From Escherichia phage ECML-10: a stretch of 64,000 bases of DNA. The position numbers and the translations under genes were made by a program. Numbering within the stretch: the stretch's first letter is position 1; each line of letters begins with the position of its first letter. Of the stretch, positions 1 through 9,813 are shown piece by piece. The notes beneath the pieces are model-generated. The model saw only the letters and a program-made list of their open reading frames with translations. It ran no database searches and was not told the DNA's origin. The stretch lies in the sequence record OL631479.1. One strand, written 5' to 3'.

Positions 1-1009
1 CTATCCACTCTGGGACAAACACTGATGGAAAATCTGTTTCAGAATACCCTTTGGTCGGACTAGTGAATCTGCCAGTTATTGTGTTGGATCTTTTGTCAAA
101 TGAGGCTTCCGGATAGATCTTTACCTCACCACAGACACAATCCTCACTCAGTGTCATTGTTGCCGGGCCATAATATGCACCGACCAGCAAACCATACTTA
201 CCAGCTACATAGCTGAGATCTGCTCCACAAGCTTTCAGCATTTCTGCCATAATACTTGCGGGAGCCTCATCCATGTCAAACTCACCGTTAATGGTGTAAC
301 GTCGCTCACTGGTTCCGTCAGCGTTTTTTACCGCCTCGTCGCATATGTTAGCAGCTTCCTTGAAGGACTCCCAGTTGATGGTTTCGTCAGGACATTTAAG
401 GTACGTTCTTAAATAGTCTAGGATCACCAAGGCCGCGTTATTGGTATACACCTCTTTACTGATACGAGGATCATAGCATTTTTTACCAACCTTGACGAGT
501 GTAACGTTTGGCAACCCAAAAGGAAACTTGTTAGGGTCAAACTTGAAGCTGGCACGTAGCCAACTGATCCCTCTACCTATCATGTCTGGTGACCACGATG
601 GACAGTGTGTCCCCATGAAAGGATCAGCTGTTTTTCTGTCGTTATGTAGCTCCCACGATACCAGATCTCCATACGAGGAAATAGGATTACCGTCGATGAG
701 TATGTCTTCTATACCTTCCAGAGGATGATTGGCAAGAACAATAGCACAGTGGAGAGTTCTGTCTCTATCCTGCTCCAAAAACGCAAGCAATCCGGATGTG
801 CGTGTCTTCCCATACACTACAGAGCAAGGTGCAGCAGAAGATCTGAGAAGCTTTTGTCTATCTTGCTGACTTCTGTAAGATTTGTTGCCCTCAAAAATCT
901 TATCCAGAGTTCTGGTGGTAACAGTGTTCAGGCTGTCAGCCAGAGCTGCCTTGGATGCGTTCCAGTCATAACTTGAAGATCTTGCAGAAGCAACGATGTT
1001 ATCAATCAT
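1..1009 (-). CDS. Tail tip / host-specificity-like protein, partial (runs off window start)
   Basis: Minus-strand ATG at 1009 (MIDNIVASARSSSYDWN...); manual translation stays open to position 1; last gene of the tail module. Not in ORF track because truncated. Confidence 0.35.
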   Translation of the reverse strand, partial: MIDNIVASARSSSYDWNASKAALADSLNTVTTRTLDKIFEGNKSYRSQQDRQKLLRSSAAPCSVVYGKTRTSGLLAFLEQDRDRTLHCAIVLANHPLEGIEDILIDGNPISSYGDLVSWELHNDRKTADPFMGTHCPSWSPDMIGRGISWLRASFKFDPNKFPFGLPNVTLVKVGKKCYDPRISKEVYTNNAALVILDYLRTYLKCPDETINWESFKEAANICDEAVKNADGTSERRYTINGEFDMDEAPASIMAEMLKACGADLSYVAGKYGLLVGAYYGPATMTLSEDCVCGEVKIYPEASFDKRSNTITGRFTSPTKGYSETDFPSVFVPEWI

Positions 1010-1020
1010 TGCAATTGGCA

Positions 1021-1458
1021 TTAATACCTCCAGACATCAACAACGACAGAATCTTTCATATCGAACATAAATACCCCTTTATCACCTTTCGCCCAAATCT
1101 GGTTGTTCCAGAACACACCAGCGGTGAGCCCGTTCAGACCTTCGAAGATAACAATATCTCCACGCTGAACCTGTTTAGGAGTATCCAGCCTAGTCATAAA
1201 GAGATCAAAAATAGTAGGCAGGTGTGTGGTTTTGAAACGGAGCATGCACCATCTTTTGCTTTCCAACTCCGTTTTATACGTTCCTTCGAAGTTAGAAAGA
1301 AAATCTGTTCCGTATTGGGCATCAACACACTTAGCTGCAAAGGTGCAACAATCGTGGAATCCCCATTCAAAAGGTATGGTGGCCTCTTCGTCAAATACTT
1401 TCCACAATCTTTCTTGCCAGTCCACTAGACGAGGATGTGTGCTCATTAAACCTCCCAA
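1021..1458 (-). CDS. Hypothetical tail-associated protein, possible Cys/His peptidase-like
   Basis: 145 aa; FHDCC motif; position in distal tail module. Confidence 0.3.
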   Translation of the reverse strand: MGGLMSTHPRLVDWQERLWKVFDEEATIPFEWGFHDCCTFAAKCVDAQYGTDFLSNFEGTYKTELESKRWCMLRFKTTHLPTIFDLFMTRLDTPKQVQRGDIVIFEGLNGLTAGVFWNNQIWAKGDKGVFMFDMKDSVVVDVWRY

Positions 1459-2012
1459 ATGATCGGGCGGCTCGCCACCTGATCCACATATTTAAAAAAT
1501 CTGTCATTATCGTTTCTTGAGCTGTGGCTTTCCTCCGTGTACCGATAAGGAAAACCTCTTAACCAACTGTTGAAGATGGAAGAGATGGATATGGACAAAG
1601 CACTATTCTCACCAGTCTGAATAGCCATATCTGTTATAAGGCCGTCAAACAAGCCATTAGTTGTAACAGGCAGACCATTCTCCATAGCGGTAATGTACAA
1701 CGTGGCACGACAACCAGAATACTCCGTCTTCAGCAGATCACCCACATACTTAGGATCAAACCCGTTCAATGTCGCTACCACAGATCCGAAGTTGGTGGCA
1801 TCTTTCTCAGACACAGCAGTTAATGTTGCTGATCCACCTATCCCTATAAAATGTTGCCCCTCAATTACTACAACACCAGTGCCTGAGCACACCCTGACAG
1901 TTCCTGTCGGTAGCTCCAGCTTTGCAGCAATTAAGATCTCAACACCATCAAGCTCCAGCTTTTCAAGAAATAAATTATCTAATGGCGCTCTGATCATCTT
2001 AGAAATCCTCAA
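1446..2012 (-). CDS. Hypothetical tail protein
   Basis: 188 aa ORF co-oriented and overlapping neighbours in tail module. Confidence 0.3.
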   Translation of the reverse strand: MRISKMIRAPLDNLFLEKLELDGVEILIAAKLELPTGTVRVCSGTGVVVIEGQHFIGIGGSATLTAVSEKDATNFGSVVATLNGFDPKYVGDLLKTEYSGCRATLYITAMENGLPVTTNGLFDGLITDMAIQTGENSALSISISSIFNSWLRGFPYRYTEESHSSRNDNDRFFKYVDQVASRPIIWEV

Positions 2013-2589
2013 AGAAGTTGATAACTATATTATCACCTTTTTGCATAGCATCGACTTTTTGCTTAATTTTGTAAATATCTCTGATATGAAACCTACCCTT
2101 CGGAGATTGAGTTATTATCTTCATGGTGTCCCCTGCGGCAATAGGTTTTCTAAGTCTTGGAGATATGCCTATAACAGCAGACCCAACACCATCACTACGC
2201 ACTGGAGCTGTTACCACTTTCAATTCATCATTGACAGATATTTTATCCCCAGCTCTGGCTATGTCTCTGTTTGGCTCCCACCCAACAGTCCTCAAAAAAT
2301 CATCGTTACCAGTAGGACCAAGGGCGATTGGCTCATTAGCTGTAACTGAGTGACCGTAAGTTTTAATAAGAAAGATGTTTCCATCTTTATACACCTGGTC
2401 AACAAAGCTCTTAAGCTCTAGCAACTGTGATTCGCTGATATTGGAAACCGTCAAAGTGCCTTTCCAGTTAGGTGTGGCATAGGTTACTTTTTGCGTTTTA
2501 CCTGTAAACGGACTTTTAAACGTAACAATATCTGCCAGCAGCTCCAATCTAATATCTGGAAGGTATCTAGGCCTTTCCCATAAAAACAT
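1999..2589 (-). CDS. Hypothetical tail protein
   Basis: 196 aa ORF directly downstream of the long tail fiber gene. Confidence 0.3.
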   Translation of the reverse strand: MFLWERPRYLPDIRLELLADIVTFKSPFTGKTQKVTYATPNWKGTLTVSNISESQLLELKSFVDQVYKDGNIFLIKTYGHSVTANEPIALGPTGNDDFLRTVGWEPNRDIARAGDKISVNDELKVVTAPVRSDGVGSAVIGISPRLRKPIAAGDTMKIITQSPKGRFHIRDIYKIKQKVDAMQKGDNIVINFFEDF

Positions 2590-2688
2590 TGTGCCTCCAG
2601 GTTAAACAATCATGATAGTTATTTTACCAGATTTTGAGTTAATACGCAATACAAACAAAAAGCCCCCGCCGAAGCGAGGGCAAAACAG

Positions 2689-5600
2689 TTACTTCAGTTT
2701 CTCTTGCAACCCAGTAACAACCTCTGTCAATTTTTTAACCTGCTCCTCAAGGGCGGTTATTTTATCGTCCTGTTCCCTGCAAACCTGGACAAGCAAGCCT
2801 GTTACGGCTGCGTAATCCACGCTGTAGAATCTTTCCTCTGTTATCAAAGGAGTTCCATCTTGATCAGGGTTTGGGATTTCCTTTCTTTGCACGAAAGAGC
2901 TAACTGCTTCCGGCAGCGCTTCAAGCACTTCTTGTGCTATAACACCTGCATAAGGCATACCGTTCTCTTTAAGAGTGTAAGTATAACCCTTCATCTTCCG
3001 GATAGCTTCTAACGCATCAGGAATAACAGATATGTTGTCTTTCAGGTCTCTGTCAGAGCTCTGATTGACAGATGTGCAATTCACAGCACCGTTTACAGAA
3101 AGATATCTTGATTTATCCGGCAAGGTACCGCAATGCCATACCCAATTTGCTTGAGACTCGTCAAGAACCTTAAACTCTAACACGTTTGGACGATCCCCTG
3201 TGCTGCCGTTACCCCAATAGTGCATATGGGCGGCATTAGCAGGCATGTTGCCACCGTTATTAGTAACATGGCTTCCAGAAATATATACCTTTAACTCTGA
3301 GGTCGGTATTTCCCCTTCGGGAGTTGTTCCTCCATATCTGAAGCTAACACCATTGCCACCTGTTTGGGTCCACGGGCCCCAAGTGAAGGTTTGTCTCACC
3401 ATATTACCATAACGTATAAATCTATCGCCGTGATAGGTAATATACTCTTGAACACACCCATTACCGTTATTGGCGTTATTCTGCAACACAATAAGTGTTC
3501 CAGCTTCATTTACCGGATAATGACGATCATATGTTGCATCATTATTTGCCGATTGATGGTAAATGCCTTCCCACAACCCATTATAGGTGTCAAGGTCTGA
3601 GGTACCGAGACCCTGACCCCTGTGCTGCATAGCCTTATTCCAGGGGTGGTGATTACCGCCTTCTATAGACCTGGTGTATAAGTTACTTTGTCTGCCAGCA
3701 ATCTGGAAAGCGTAGTTTCCCGAGAATCCTACAGATAAACCTCCTACAACCATGGTGTCTTGTGGACCGTTAACATTACCAGCCATTATTTTTGACGGGT
3801 TATTAGGCCCGAACTGGTTGTTCCAGTCTCCACCAGTATGACATACAAAACCACCTGGGGCTGAAAAAGTACCATCCTTATTGAAGTTGTAGAATCTATG
3901 AGCTGTGCCCACAACATCTCGAACAATAACTTGACCAGCCTCTGGAGTAGACCTGAACTCTGCTTGACCTTTAAGGCCAGCACCATTACCGCATTTAGAG
4001 GTAAACGTGCCGTTAGTTAGATCCTCTGTTCCATCTGATGCACACTGGAATCCTGCGTTAGAGAATAGCGCCTTTCTAGGACCACTGTAGCACAAATAGT
4101 CAAAACCGTCAGCCCATAGCTCTACTTTAGGCATGTTCATTTTGCTCATTATCGCATAGCGTTCAGCAGTGCCTATATAGTGCCACTGTGTGCCGCCGCC
4201 AGTGTAGAACCCAGAGGTACCTTTGAAGTCAACAATAGGTCTGGTGTTGGTATTGTTATCTCCGAGAACAGCCAGATTTAAATCTGCTGACTGGAGAGGT
4301 GCAACGAACTTAACACCGTCCTGATTGTCTGTTACAGAGCCAACCTGGTAATCTTGCTCCCTGGTAAACACCTCGACAACATTTCTACTTGCGTATATGC
4401 TGACAGGGAAAGCACGCGCCTCTGCATAGAAAGCAACATATTCTTGTTTACCCCTTGTTGGAGCAACCATCCCAAGAAGTGCTTTTTCATTCTGGTAGAA
4501 ATTTACTACCCCGTAGAAAGAGTCTCCTCTGTCTGTCCAACCACCAGTTCTATAGTGACACTGTAAGGTAGCACAGTTCATAGGGTCATTTCCAGATGAC
4601 GATCTGGTAACTATGGTAATATCAGTACCAGTTGCTGGAGCATAGTACGGATCTGTTCTAACGATGATCGGGTAGTATTTCCCATCTTCCATCCCTGCGG
4701 TTCTTGGCAGTGTTAAGAAGTCTTTCACACCTGCTGCTATAGGAACTTTGAACAGATTCTGAGCATCTGCTAGAGTTGTAGCCCCGGTGCCACCTGCGGC
4801 TTGAGGTAGAGGTTCCCACTTGGCCTTCCGGTTGTTATAAACACCCCATTCCAGAGTGCCGTTACCGGATTCGTCCATCCAGCCATCCCAGATAACCATC
4901 TTGGCGGCTTTCTTAGATCCCCAGAAGCCTCTTTCTGCTCCTGAACTACGTATCCACTCTCCAAGTCCCCAGTTTGTCAGCTGACCAGTAAGATCCCCAA
5001 CCTGCATGTATTTAGGGCAGTCTAATACACCGTCTTCGCGGAAACCCAAATATCTATGAGTTTCAGATCCTTTTGCACCTTTGTGGAGGTGGATTGTCAA
5101 CCAAGCCTTATTGTCGTTTCTTACCTCAGAGTAGATCCTATATCCATGCTCAAGGACACCGTCAGCGCTGTATTTGTCCCCGTTAACAATACCGGATGCT
5201 GACTTAACATCAGCAGAACTTTGAGACAGGTAAAGGTGCCCGAAGGTAGGAGAATTTCTAGACCCGAGACCGATGTGCGATCTAAAGGTATCATCGTTAC
5301 GAGGTCTAACCATCGGCTGCCATGCAGTCCACTGATTTGTGTTGGCCTGATAGGTTCTCAAATACCAAACATCTACGTTAGAGAATGGGTAGTATTCCTG
5401 ACGACAACCTGTACCGCCGTTAGCATTGTTCTGCCAAACAATCAAGTGACCAGCACCAGAACCTGCAGGGTAACCATTTGCCTCAGTTGCATAAGCAGTC
5501 ATCGGCTGGTAGTATACACCATCCTGATTACCAGTCAAGTTATTGATATTGAAATTTGGCTCAAGGGCTGCACGTTGCTTATAGAAAGCACCGATATTGA

Positions 5601-6501
5601 TACGGACTCCAGCGGCATCTCTAGCCCCTGTGCCGCCTTGCTCTATAGCAAGAGGTTGCCACGAAGCTGTTTGTTGGTTCCACATACCCCAACGGCCTGT
5701 TGCATCAAGCTGCAAGTACCCTGCCGTATTTAAATCATCTCCAGCACGGATAACTGTTCTTGTTGGGTTGTTTGCCTCTAGGCGTTTAAATTCATCACGA
5801 AGTGCTATTCTTTTCGTTGTTGCTACACCGTTGGTTACTGCAATGGTGTACATGGCTCCGGTGGTAGCGCCACGGAAAATACCATCAACAGTTGTAGTAT
5901 CACGGCGAGATACCACACCGTTCAGAAATTTTTCACCAGCTGCTACAGAAGGGTAGTTGGTGGTTCTTCCCTCTTCAATAACTGCAGGGCCAACAAAGTT
6001 ATCAAGGTGAATAACATCGCCTACGGTGTGCACTGTACCAAAATCTACACGCTGTGCAAGTGCTTTAGCATCGTTAGCTGTCTGAACAGTAACATCCATT
6101 ACATCCTGGACAGACTGCCCTTCGGCTGTCATGATCATAGATGCGCCAATGGTAGATTCCAGCTCCTCCCTTAAGGACGGGTCAGTATATACCATCCATG
6201 CAGCGTCAGTAATCCCACCATCAGCGTACGGTGAAGACAGTGCAGGAACAGTGTGCGGAAATTCACCTTTCCAACGCAGGTAGAGGTCTTCCTCTTCGAA
6301 GTAGGCAAAATCCATTGGGCCGTTTAACTTACCACCTTCCTTAAAGGAGATTACATGAGAAACAGTCCCATCCACATGGACAACATCGCCAATTTTTACA
6401 CGACGGGTCAGGTCTGGTTGCTGAACAACCAGGTAATCATCCTCTGTCACTGCGGTAGTGGCAGGAAGAGATTCAATTCTGACAACTTTAATATCAGCCA
6501 T
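2689..6501 (-). CDS. Long tail fiber protein with C-terminal intramolecular chaperone (peptidase S74-like) domain
   Basis: 1270 aa; internal repeats with W-x-P-L...GGTGA motif; C-terminus SDRDLKDNISVIPDALEAIRKMKGYTYTLKE resembles tail-fiber auto-cleaving chaperone domain; N-terminal ~100 aa shared with the 9136-9804 protein. Confidence 0.75.
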   Translation of the reverse strand: MADIKVVRIESLPATTAVTEDDYLVVQQPDLTRRVKIGDVVHVDGTVSHVISFKEGGKLNGPMDFAYFEEEDLYLRWKGEFPHTVPALSSPYADGGITDAAWMVYTDPSLREELESTIGASMIMTAEGQSVQDVMDVTVQTANDAKALAQRVDFGTVHTVGDVIHLDNFVGPAVIEEGRTTNYPSVAAGEKFLNGVVSRRDTTTVDGIFRGATTGAMYTIAVTNGVATTKRIALRDEFKRLEANNPTRTVIRAGDDLNTAGYLQLDATGRWGMWNQQTASWQPLAIEQGGTGARDAAGVRINIGAFYKQRAALEPNFNINNLTGNQDGVYYQPMTAYATEANGYPAGSGAGHLIVWQNNANGGTGCRQEYYPFSNVDVWYLRTYQANTNQWTAWQPMVRPRNDDTFRSHIGLGSRNSPTFGHLYLSQSSADVKSASGIVNGDKYSADGVLEHGYRIYSEVRNDNKAWLTIHLHKGAKGSETHRYLGFREDGVLDCPKYMQVGDLTGQLTNWGLGEWIRSSGAERGFWGSKKAAKMVIWDGWMDESGNGTLEWGVYNNRKAKWEPLPQAAGGTGATTLADAQNLFKVPIAAGVKDFLTLPRTAGMEDGKYYPIIVRTDPYYAPATGTDITIVTRSSSGNDPMNCATLQCHYRTGGWTDRGDSFYGVVNFYQNEKALLGMVAPTRGKQEYVAFYAEARAFPVSIYASRNVVEVFTREQDYQVGSVTDNQDGVKFVAPLQSADLNLAVLGDNNTNTRPIVDFKGTSGFYTGGGTQWHYIGTAERYAIMSKMNMPKVELWADGFDYLCYSGPRKALFSNAGFQCASDGTEDLTNGTFTSKCGNGAGLKGQAEFRSTPEAGQVIVRDVVGTAHRFYNFNKDGTFSAPGGFVCHTGGDWNNQFGPNNPSKIMAGNVNGPQDTMVVGGLSVGFSGNYAFQIAGRQSNLYTRSIEGGNHHPWNKAMQHRGQGLGTSDLDTYNGLWEGIYHQSANNDATYDRHYPVNEAGTLIVLQNNANNGNGCVQEYITYHGDRFIRYGNMVRQTFTWGPWTQTGGNGVSFRYGGTTPEGEIPTSELKVYISGSHVTNNGGNMPANAAHMHYWGNGSTGDRPNVLEFKVLDESQANWVWHCGTLPDKSRYLSVNGAVNCTSVNQSSDRDLKDNISVIPDALEAIRKMKGYTYTLKENGMPYAGVIAQEVLEALPEAVSSFVQRKEIPNPDQDGTPLITEERFYSVDYAAVTGLLVQVCREQDDKITALEEQVKKLTEVVTGLQEKLK

Positions 6502-6515
6502 TCTTTCTCCTGAAA

Positions 6516-6532
6516 GGGGGCAAACAGCCCCC
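6516..6532 (-). terminator. Hairpin (GGGGGCUGUUUGCCCCC on minus strand) between 865-aa gene and long fiber gene
   Basis: GC stem 5 nt after stop of 6537-9134 gene, followed by short U-run then RBS AGGAGAAAG of fiber gene. Confidence 0.4.
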
Positions 6533-6536
6533 TATG

Positions 6537-9134
6537 TTAAAGGTACAATCCACGGTATTGAGCATAAAGGCCCAGACCGCGAAGGATTTCGCCAGAGTGA
6601 TAGCCAACCGGATCAGAAACTGCCCAGCAGCCGTTTAAAATATTATCCCCATTAATGAAGTGGTGCTTTTGCAGTAGCTTCACACAGGCTTCTACAACAA
6701 TATCTATTTGAGGTATTGTCTCTGAATATCCGCACAGACCTAGCCAGCAGCAACCTGCAAGCCATTCACCTACCACCCACATCCTGTCTCCTCTGTCCTG
6801 ATAAGAATATCCCCCAGAGGTGTTAAAGTCTGTAGGCAGATTTCCTGAATGAGATGACTGGAATCTGTTGAGGAACCATGCCCATTTCTGGCAGAACAGG
6901 AATAGTCTTTCATCAACAGGTTCTTTATGTTTCTTGAGCTCATATATTGTGCGGCACGCAGCAACAAAAGATCTTGACTGGAGCTTAGAGTTATCTACCA
7001 TCTCCCACCAACCAGTCAACCCTTCATTACCTCTTTGCCATACATAACGTGAGGCAACTGGACCCTCTGTCTTAAATGTATTATTATACCAGACTTGAGC
7101 GTCATACAGAAAGCCTATTGTATTTGACAATCTATGGCGATCTATGTTTTCTGCACCCATGCAGTAGACTGCTGGGTATTGCATGCCAGGGTAGGGCCAA
7201 TTTGGCTTTTCCTCTAAGAGATAGTTTTCCTTATCTATCACCTTTCCGGCAGGGAACACACCCGGTGTGTGCCTGTATGCACCTTGCTTGTAGTTTCTGA
7301 CATAGCAATCTCCAACCTTAGCGGTTGATTCTGTCTTGCTTGCCATCCATACACTAAACCAGATTAGATAAGCATCCCTATCTGCAATATAGAATTGCGG
7401 CAGCGTGTTGACGCAATATAGATCAAACAAGCCATTACCTATCTGCCTGTCGCTTAGGCTGAAATCCACAGAGGTGAGCCCCTTAGGATTAGCAAAGAAA
7501 GGTTTAATCTCTTCTTCGGTGTGATGAGGTTGTGTCGGATCTAGTTTGAAATCTCCTAGAGTAAGAGTTTCTGTTATCCATTGTCCATTAGTGGCATATA
7601 GATCAGCATACCATAACCACCTGTCTTTGTCAAGAAATTTGACCCTTACCATCTCATCATCTGATCGATAAGTTACTGAGTTTAAAGAAATCTCTCTTCC
7701 AAAATTGAAAGTTACTTTACCTCTTGCTATATTACAACGGGTGAAGTTGTCAGAGTGGTTGTAAATGTCGGTATCATACTGCATACTGACACTAGCGCCA
7801 CCGCTCACGGCAATGTTTTCCTCTTTAGGTAAGAGATACGGATTACCGTCTTTACCAACCACCTCTACGAAATCGGTAACCTTGGCAACTATTTCTGTTA
7901 CCTCTGCCCCTCCAAAAGGAACCCCTATCCTGTACTGTTTTTTGTTATTGTTGCCATCATTAAGGATGAAATGTGGCTGGAACAGAACCCCTTCTCCTCC
8001 GAAATTCATAACAATTTCAGCATCTCTGCCTATTTTGTATGTAGTCCCTTTTTGGATTATTTCGCAAGGCTGGCGTGCGTTCATTCTAAAATTGATATAC
8101 CCGTCACTGTCCCTGCTCATGACAGGAACTGTTCCTGCAACAAGACAAGTACCATCTGTAAACGGTGCCTTAATCAACGTGGTCTTTCTAAACAGTTTGT
8201 CGTAGGCGTTTATATCACTGAAATTAAGCAACTTGTTGTAAGACTGTTCAAACGCGGTGTAATACTTTTCCTCACCTGTTAAGGTGTAGAGTTGATAACA
8301 AGCGTCACACCACATCTCTTCCCCGTCCAACTCTGGGGCTTGATTATCTGCAACCACGTTTATAGGATTTACAATTACAGGCGATCCTGCAGGTATCACC
8401 GATCCACCCTGCTCTTGGGGTAATCTTACACAATAGGTCACCTTGTGGCTGCCTGTAACACCCTTATCTTGTAATTGGATTGTGCCGAACTCTACAGACG
8501 TATGACCACTGTCGGCTATGCTACCGTTAGCCCAATAGCGGTTACCATCCCATGCTATATACCACTCAACCCACCAACTTAATCCAGATGTTGTCCAATC
8601 TGGGTTAGCATCTGTGCCGCCGTAAACATCAGCGTCTACAGTGTTTCTTCCTAACACACCGTTATATGCTTGGAAGGCCTTGTCCAGGTATTCTCCCCAT
8701 GTCGGAGATCCAGCTGGGATTTTTCCTCTACCGTTAGTAAAAGACACCACCACATCTTTAAACCCACCATGTGATGGGACCCCGTCTGTGGATAGAGGGT
8801 AGTGGGACAATCTTTGCATTTTACTTTCTACAGCATATGCGCCCAGAAGATGACTATTGTAAGCTTCCCAAGCATCTTTTGCCCTATCCAGATAGAAATC
8901 GCTTTTCGATGCCCTGTATGCTTCAATGTATCCCAGAATCAACACAGCTTGGGACTCATGCATTGCCCAATCATTATTTATCTTATTACCTGCCCACCCT
9001 GCAGCTATAAGACCATCAGGGTTTACTAGCTTATTTTGTGTAGGGGTGTTGGTAATACCTGTGTTGTTATCGAGGCACTTCCTGTGCCCCTCAATCATCT
9101 GAAATACGTTATCAATGTTGTGTTGAATACGCAT
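6537..9134 (-). CDS. Tail fiber/spike-like protein, possibly enzymatic (glycosidase-like)
   Basis: 865 aa, Trp/Gly/Tyr-rich, between two fiber genes; no recognised anchor domain. Confidence 0.45.
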   Translation of the reverse strand: MRIQHNIDNVFQMIEGHRKCLDNNTGITNTPTQNKLVNPDGLIAAGWAGNKINNDWAMHESQAVLILGYIEAYRASKSDFYLDRAKDAWEAYNSHLLGAYAVESKMQRLSHYPLSTDGVPSHGGFKDVVVSFTNGRGKIPAGSPTWGEYLDKAFQAYNGVLGRNTVDADVYGGTDANPDWTTSGLSWWVEWYIAWDGNRYWANGSIADSGHTSVEFGTIQLQDKGVTGSHKVTYCVRLPQEQGGSVIPAGSPVIVNPINVVADNQAPELDGEEMWCDACYQLYTLTGEEKYYTAFEQSYNKLLNFSDINAYDKLFRKTTLIKAPFTDGTCLVAGTVPVMSRDSDGYINFRMNARQPCEIIQKGTTYKIGRDAEIVMNFGGEGVLFQPHFILNDGNNNKKQYRIGVPFGGAEVTEIVAKVTDFVEVVGKDGNPYLLPKEENIAVSGGASVSMQYDTDIYNHSDNFTRCNIARGKVTFNFGREISLNSVTYRSDDEMVRVKFLDKDRWLWYADLYATNGQWITETLTLGDFKLDPTQPHHTEEEIKPFFANPKGLTSVDFSLSDRQIGNGLFDLYCVNTLPQFYIADRDAYLIWFSVWMASKTESTAKVGDCYVRNYKQGAYRHTPGVFPAGKVIDKENYLLEEKPNWPYPGMQYPAVYCMGAENIDRHRLSNTIGFLYDAQVWYNNTFKTEGPVASRYVWQRGNEGLTGWWEMVDNSKLQSRSFVAACRTIYELKKHKEPVDERLFLFCQKWAWFLNRFQSSHSGNLPTDFNTSGGYSYQDRGDRMWVVGEWLAGCCWLGLCGYSETIPQIDIVVEACVKLLQKHHFINGDNILNGCWAVSDPVGYHSGEILRGLGLYAQYRGLYL

Positions 9135-9135
9135 C

Positions 9136-9804
9136 TTAGATAGCTCCTGCGATAATCAGTGCCCCGTACCAAGTTAACCCGTTGTCGTAGGTTTCCAACT
9201 TGAAAATGTCTGTTGCACCAGCCGTGAATGTTAGGATAGGATCTCTTCCATAAGCCCATTTAACATTATCAGGCCAATAGACTTTGTTGCCGCCAGAGGT
9301 CTGCGTAATGCATACGGTTATAGTTCTCGCCACCCCTTCAAGACCTTCTGTTTGATTTTCAAAAGAGATTGTGGTATTTGAAGTTAGTCGAACTTTAAAG
9401 GTATCCGCAACTTCAAGATCCATATCAAGCTGACCACCGATAGATCCGTAATCAACTATTCTGCCAGAAGAAGTTGCAGCAAGCTCACCAAAAACAGACC
9501 AGGCATTTGCAGACACACCCCCAGCACCCTCTACAGTGGAGTCTGGGAGGATTATTTTAGGATAATCCCCGTTCCACGTGTAGTAGCGCTTAGTTTCGGG
9601 GTCGTAAGCAAAGTCCTTCTTGCTCTTAAGATAACCACCCTCTGTGAAATAGACTATCTTAGTAATGCTAAGATCGTTGACAACATCGTCAATCTTAGCC
9701 TTTCTTGTCCCATCAGTCTGGTTGACAACCAAGAAGTCATCACTCAGGACTGTTTCTGCATCTTCAAGATCTGGAATTGGTATTGTAGGATAAGCTACAG
9801 CCAT
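9136..9804 (-). CDS. Short tail fiber/spike protein sharing N-terminal anchor domain with long fiber
   Basis: 222 aa; N-terminus (DDFLVVNQTDGTRKAKIDDVV...YFTEGGYLKSKKDFAY) aligns with N-terminus of 2689-6501 product. Confidence 0.5.
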   Translation of the reverse strand: MAVAYPTIPIPDLEDAETVLSDDFLVVNQTDGTRKAKIDDVVNDLSITKIVYFTEGGYLKSKKDFAYDPETKRYYTWNGDYPKIILPDSTVEGAGGVSANAWSVFGELAATSSGRIVDYGSIGGQLDMDLEVADTFKVRLTSNTTISFENQTEGLEGVARTITVCITQTSGGNKVYWPDNVKWAYGRDPILTFTAGATDIFKLETYDNGLTWYGALIIAGAI

Positions 9805-9813
9805 GATTTCTCC

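Noticed and set aside
492-1462. Plus-strand ORFs 492-728, 725-976, 955-1428, 1226-1462 from the six-frame track
   Set aside because: They lie antisense to a continuous minus-strand tail gene block with sensible protein sequence; low-complexity translations and no RBS context, so treated as spurious.
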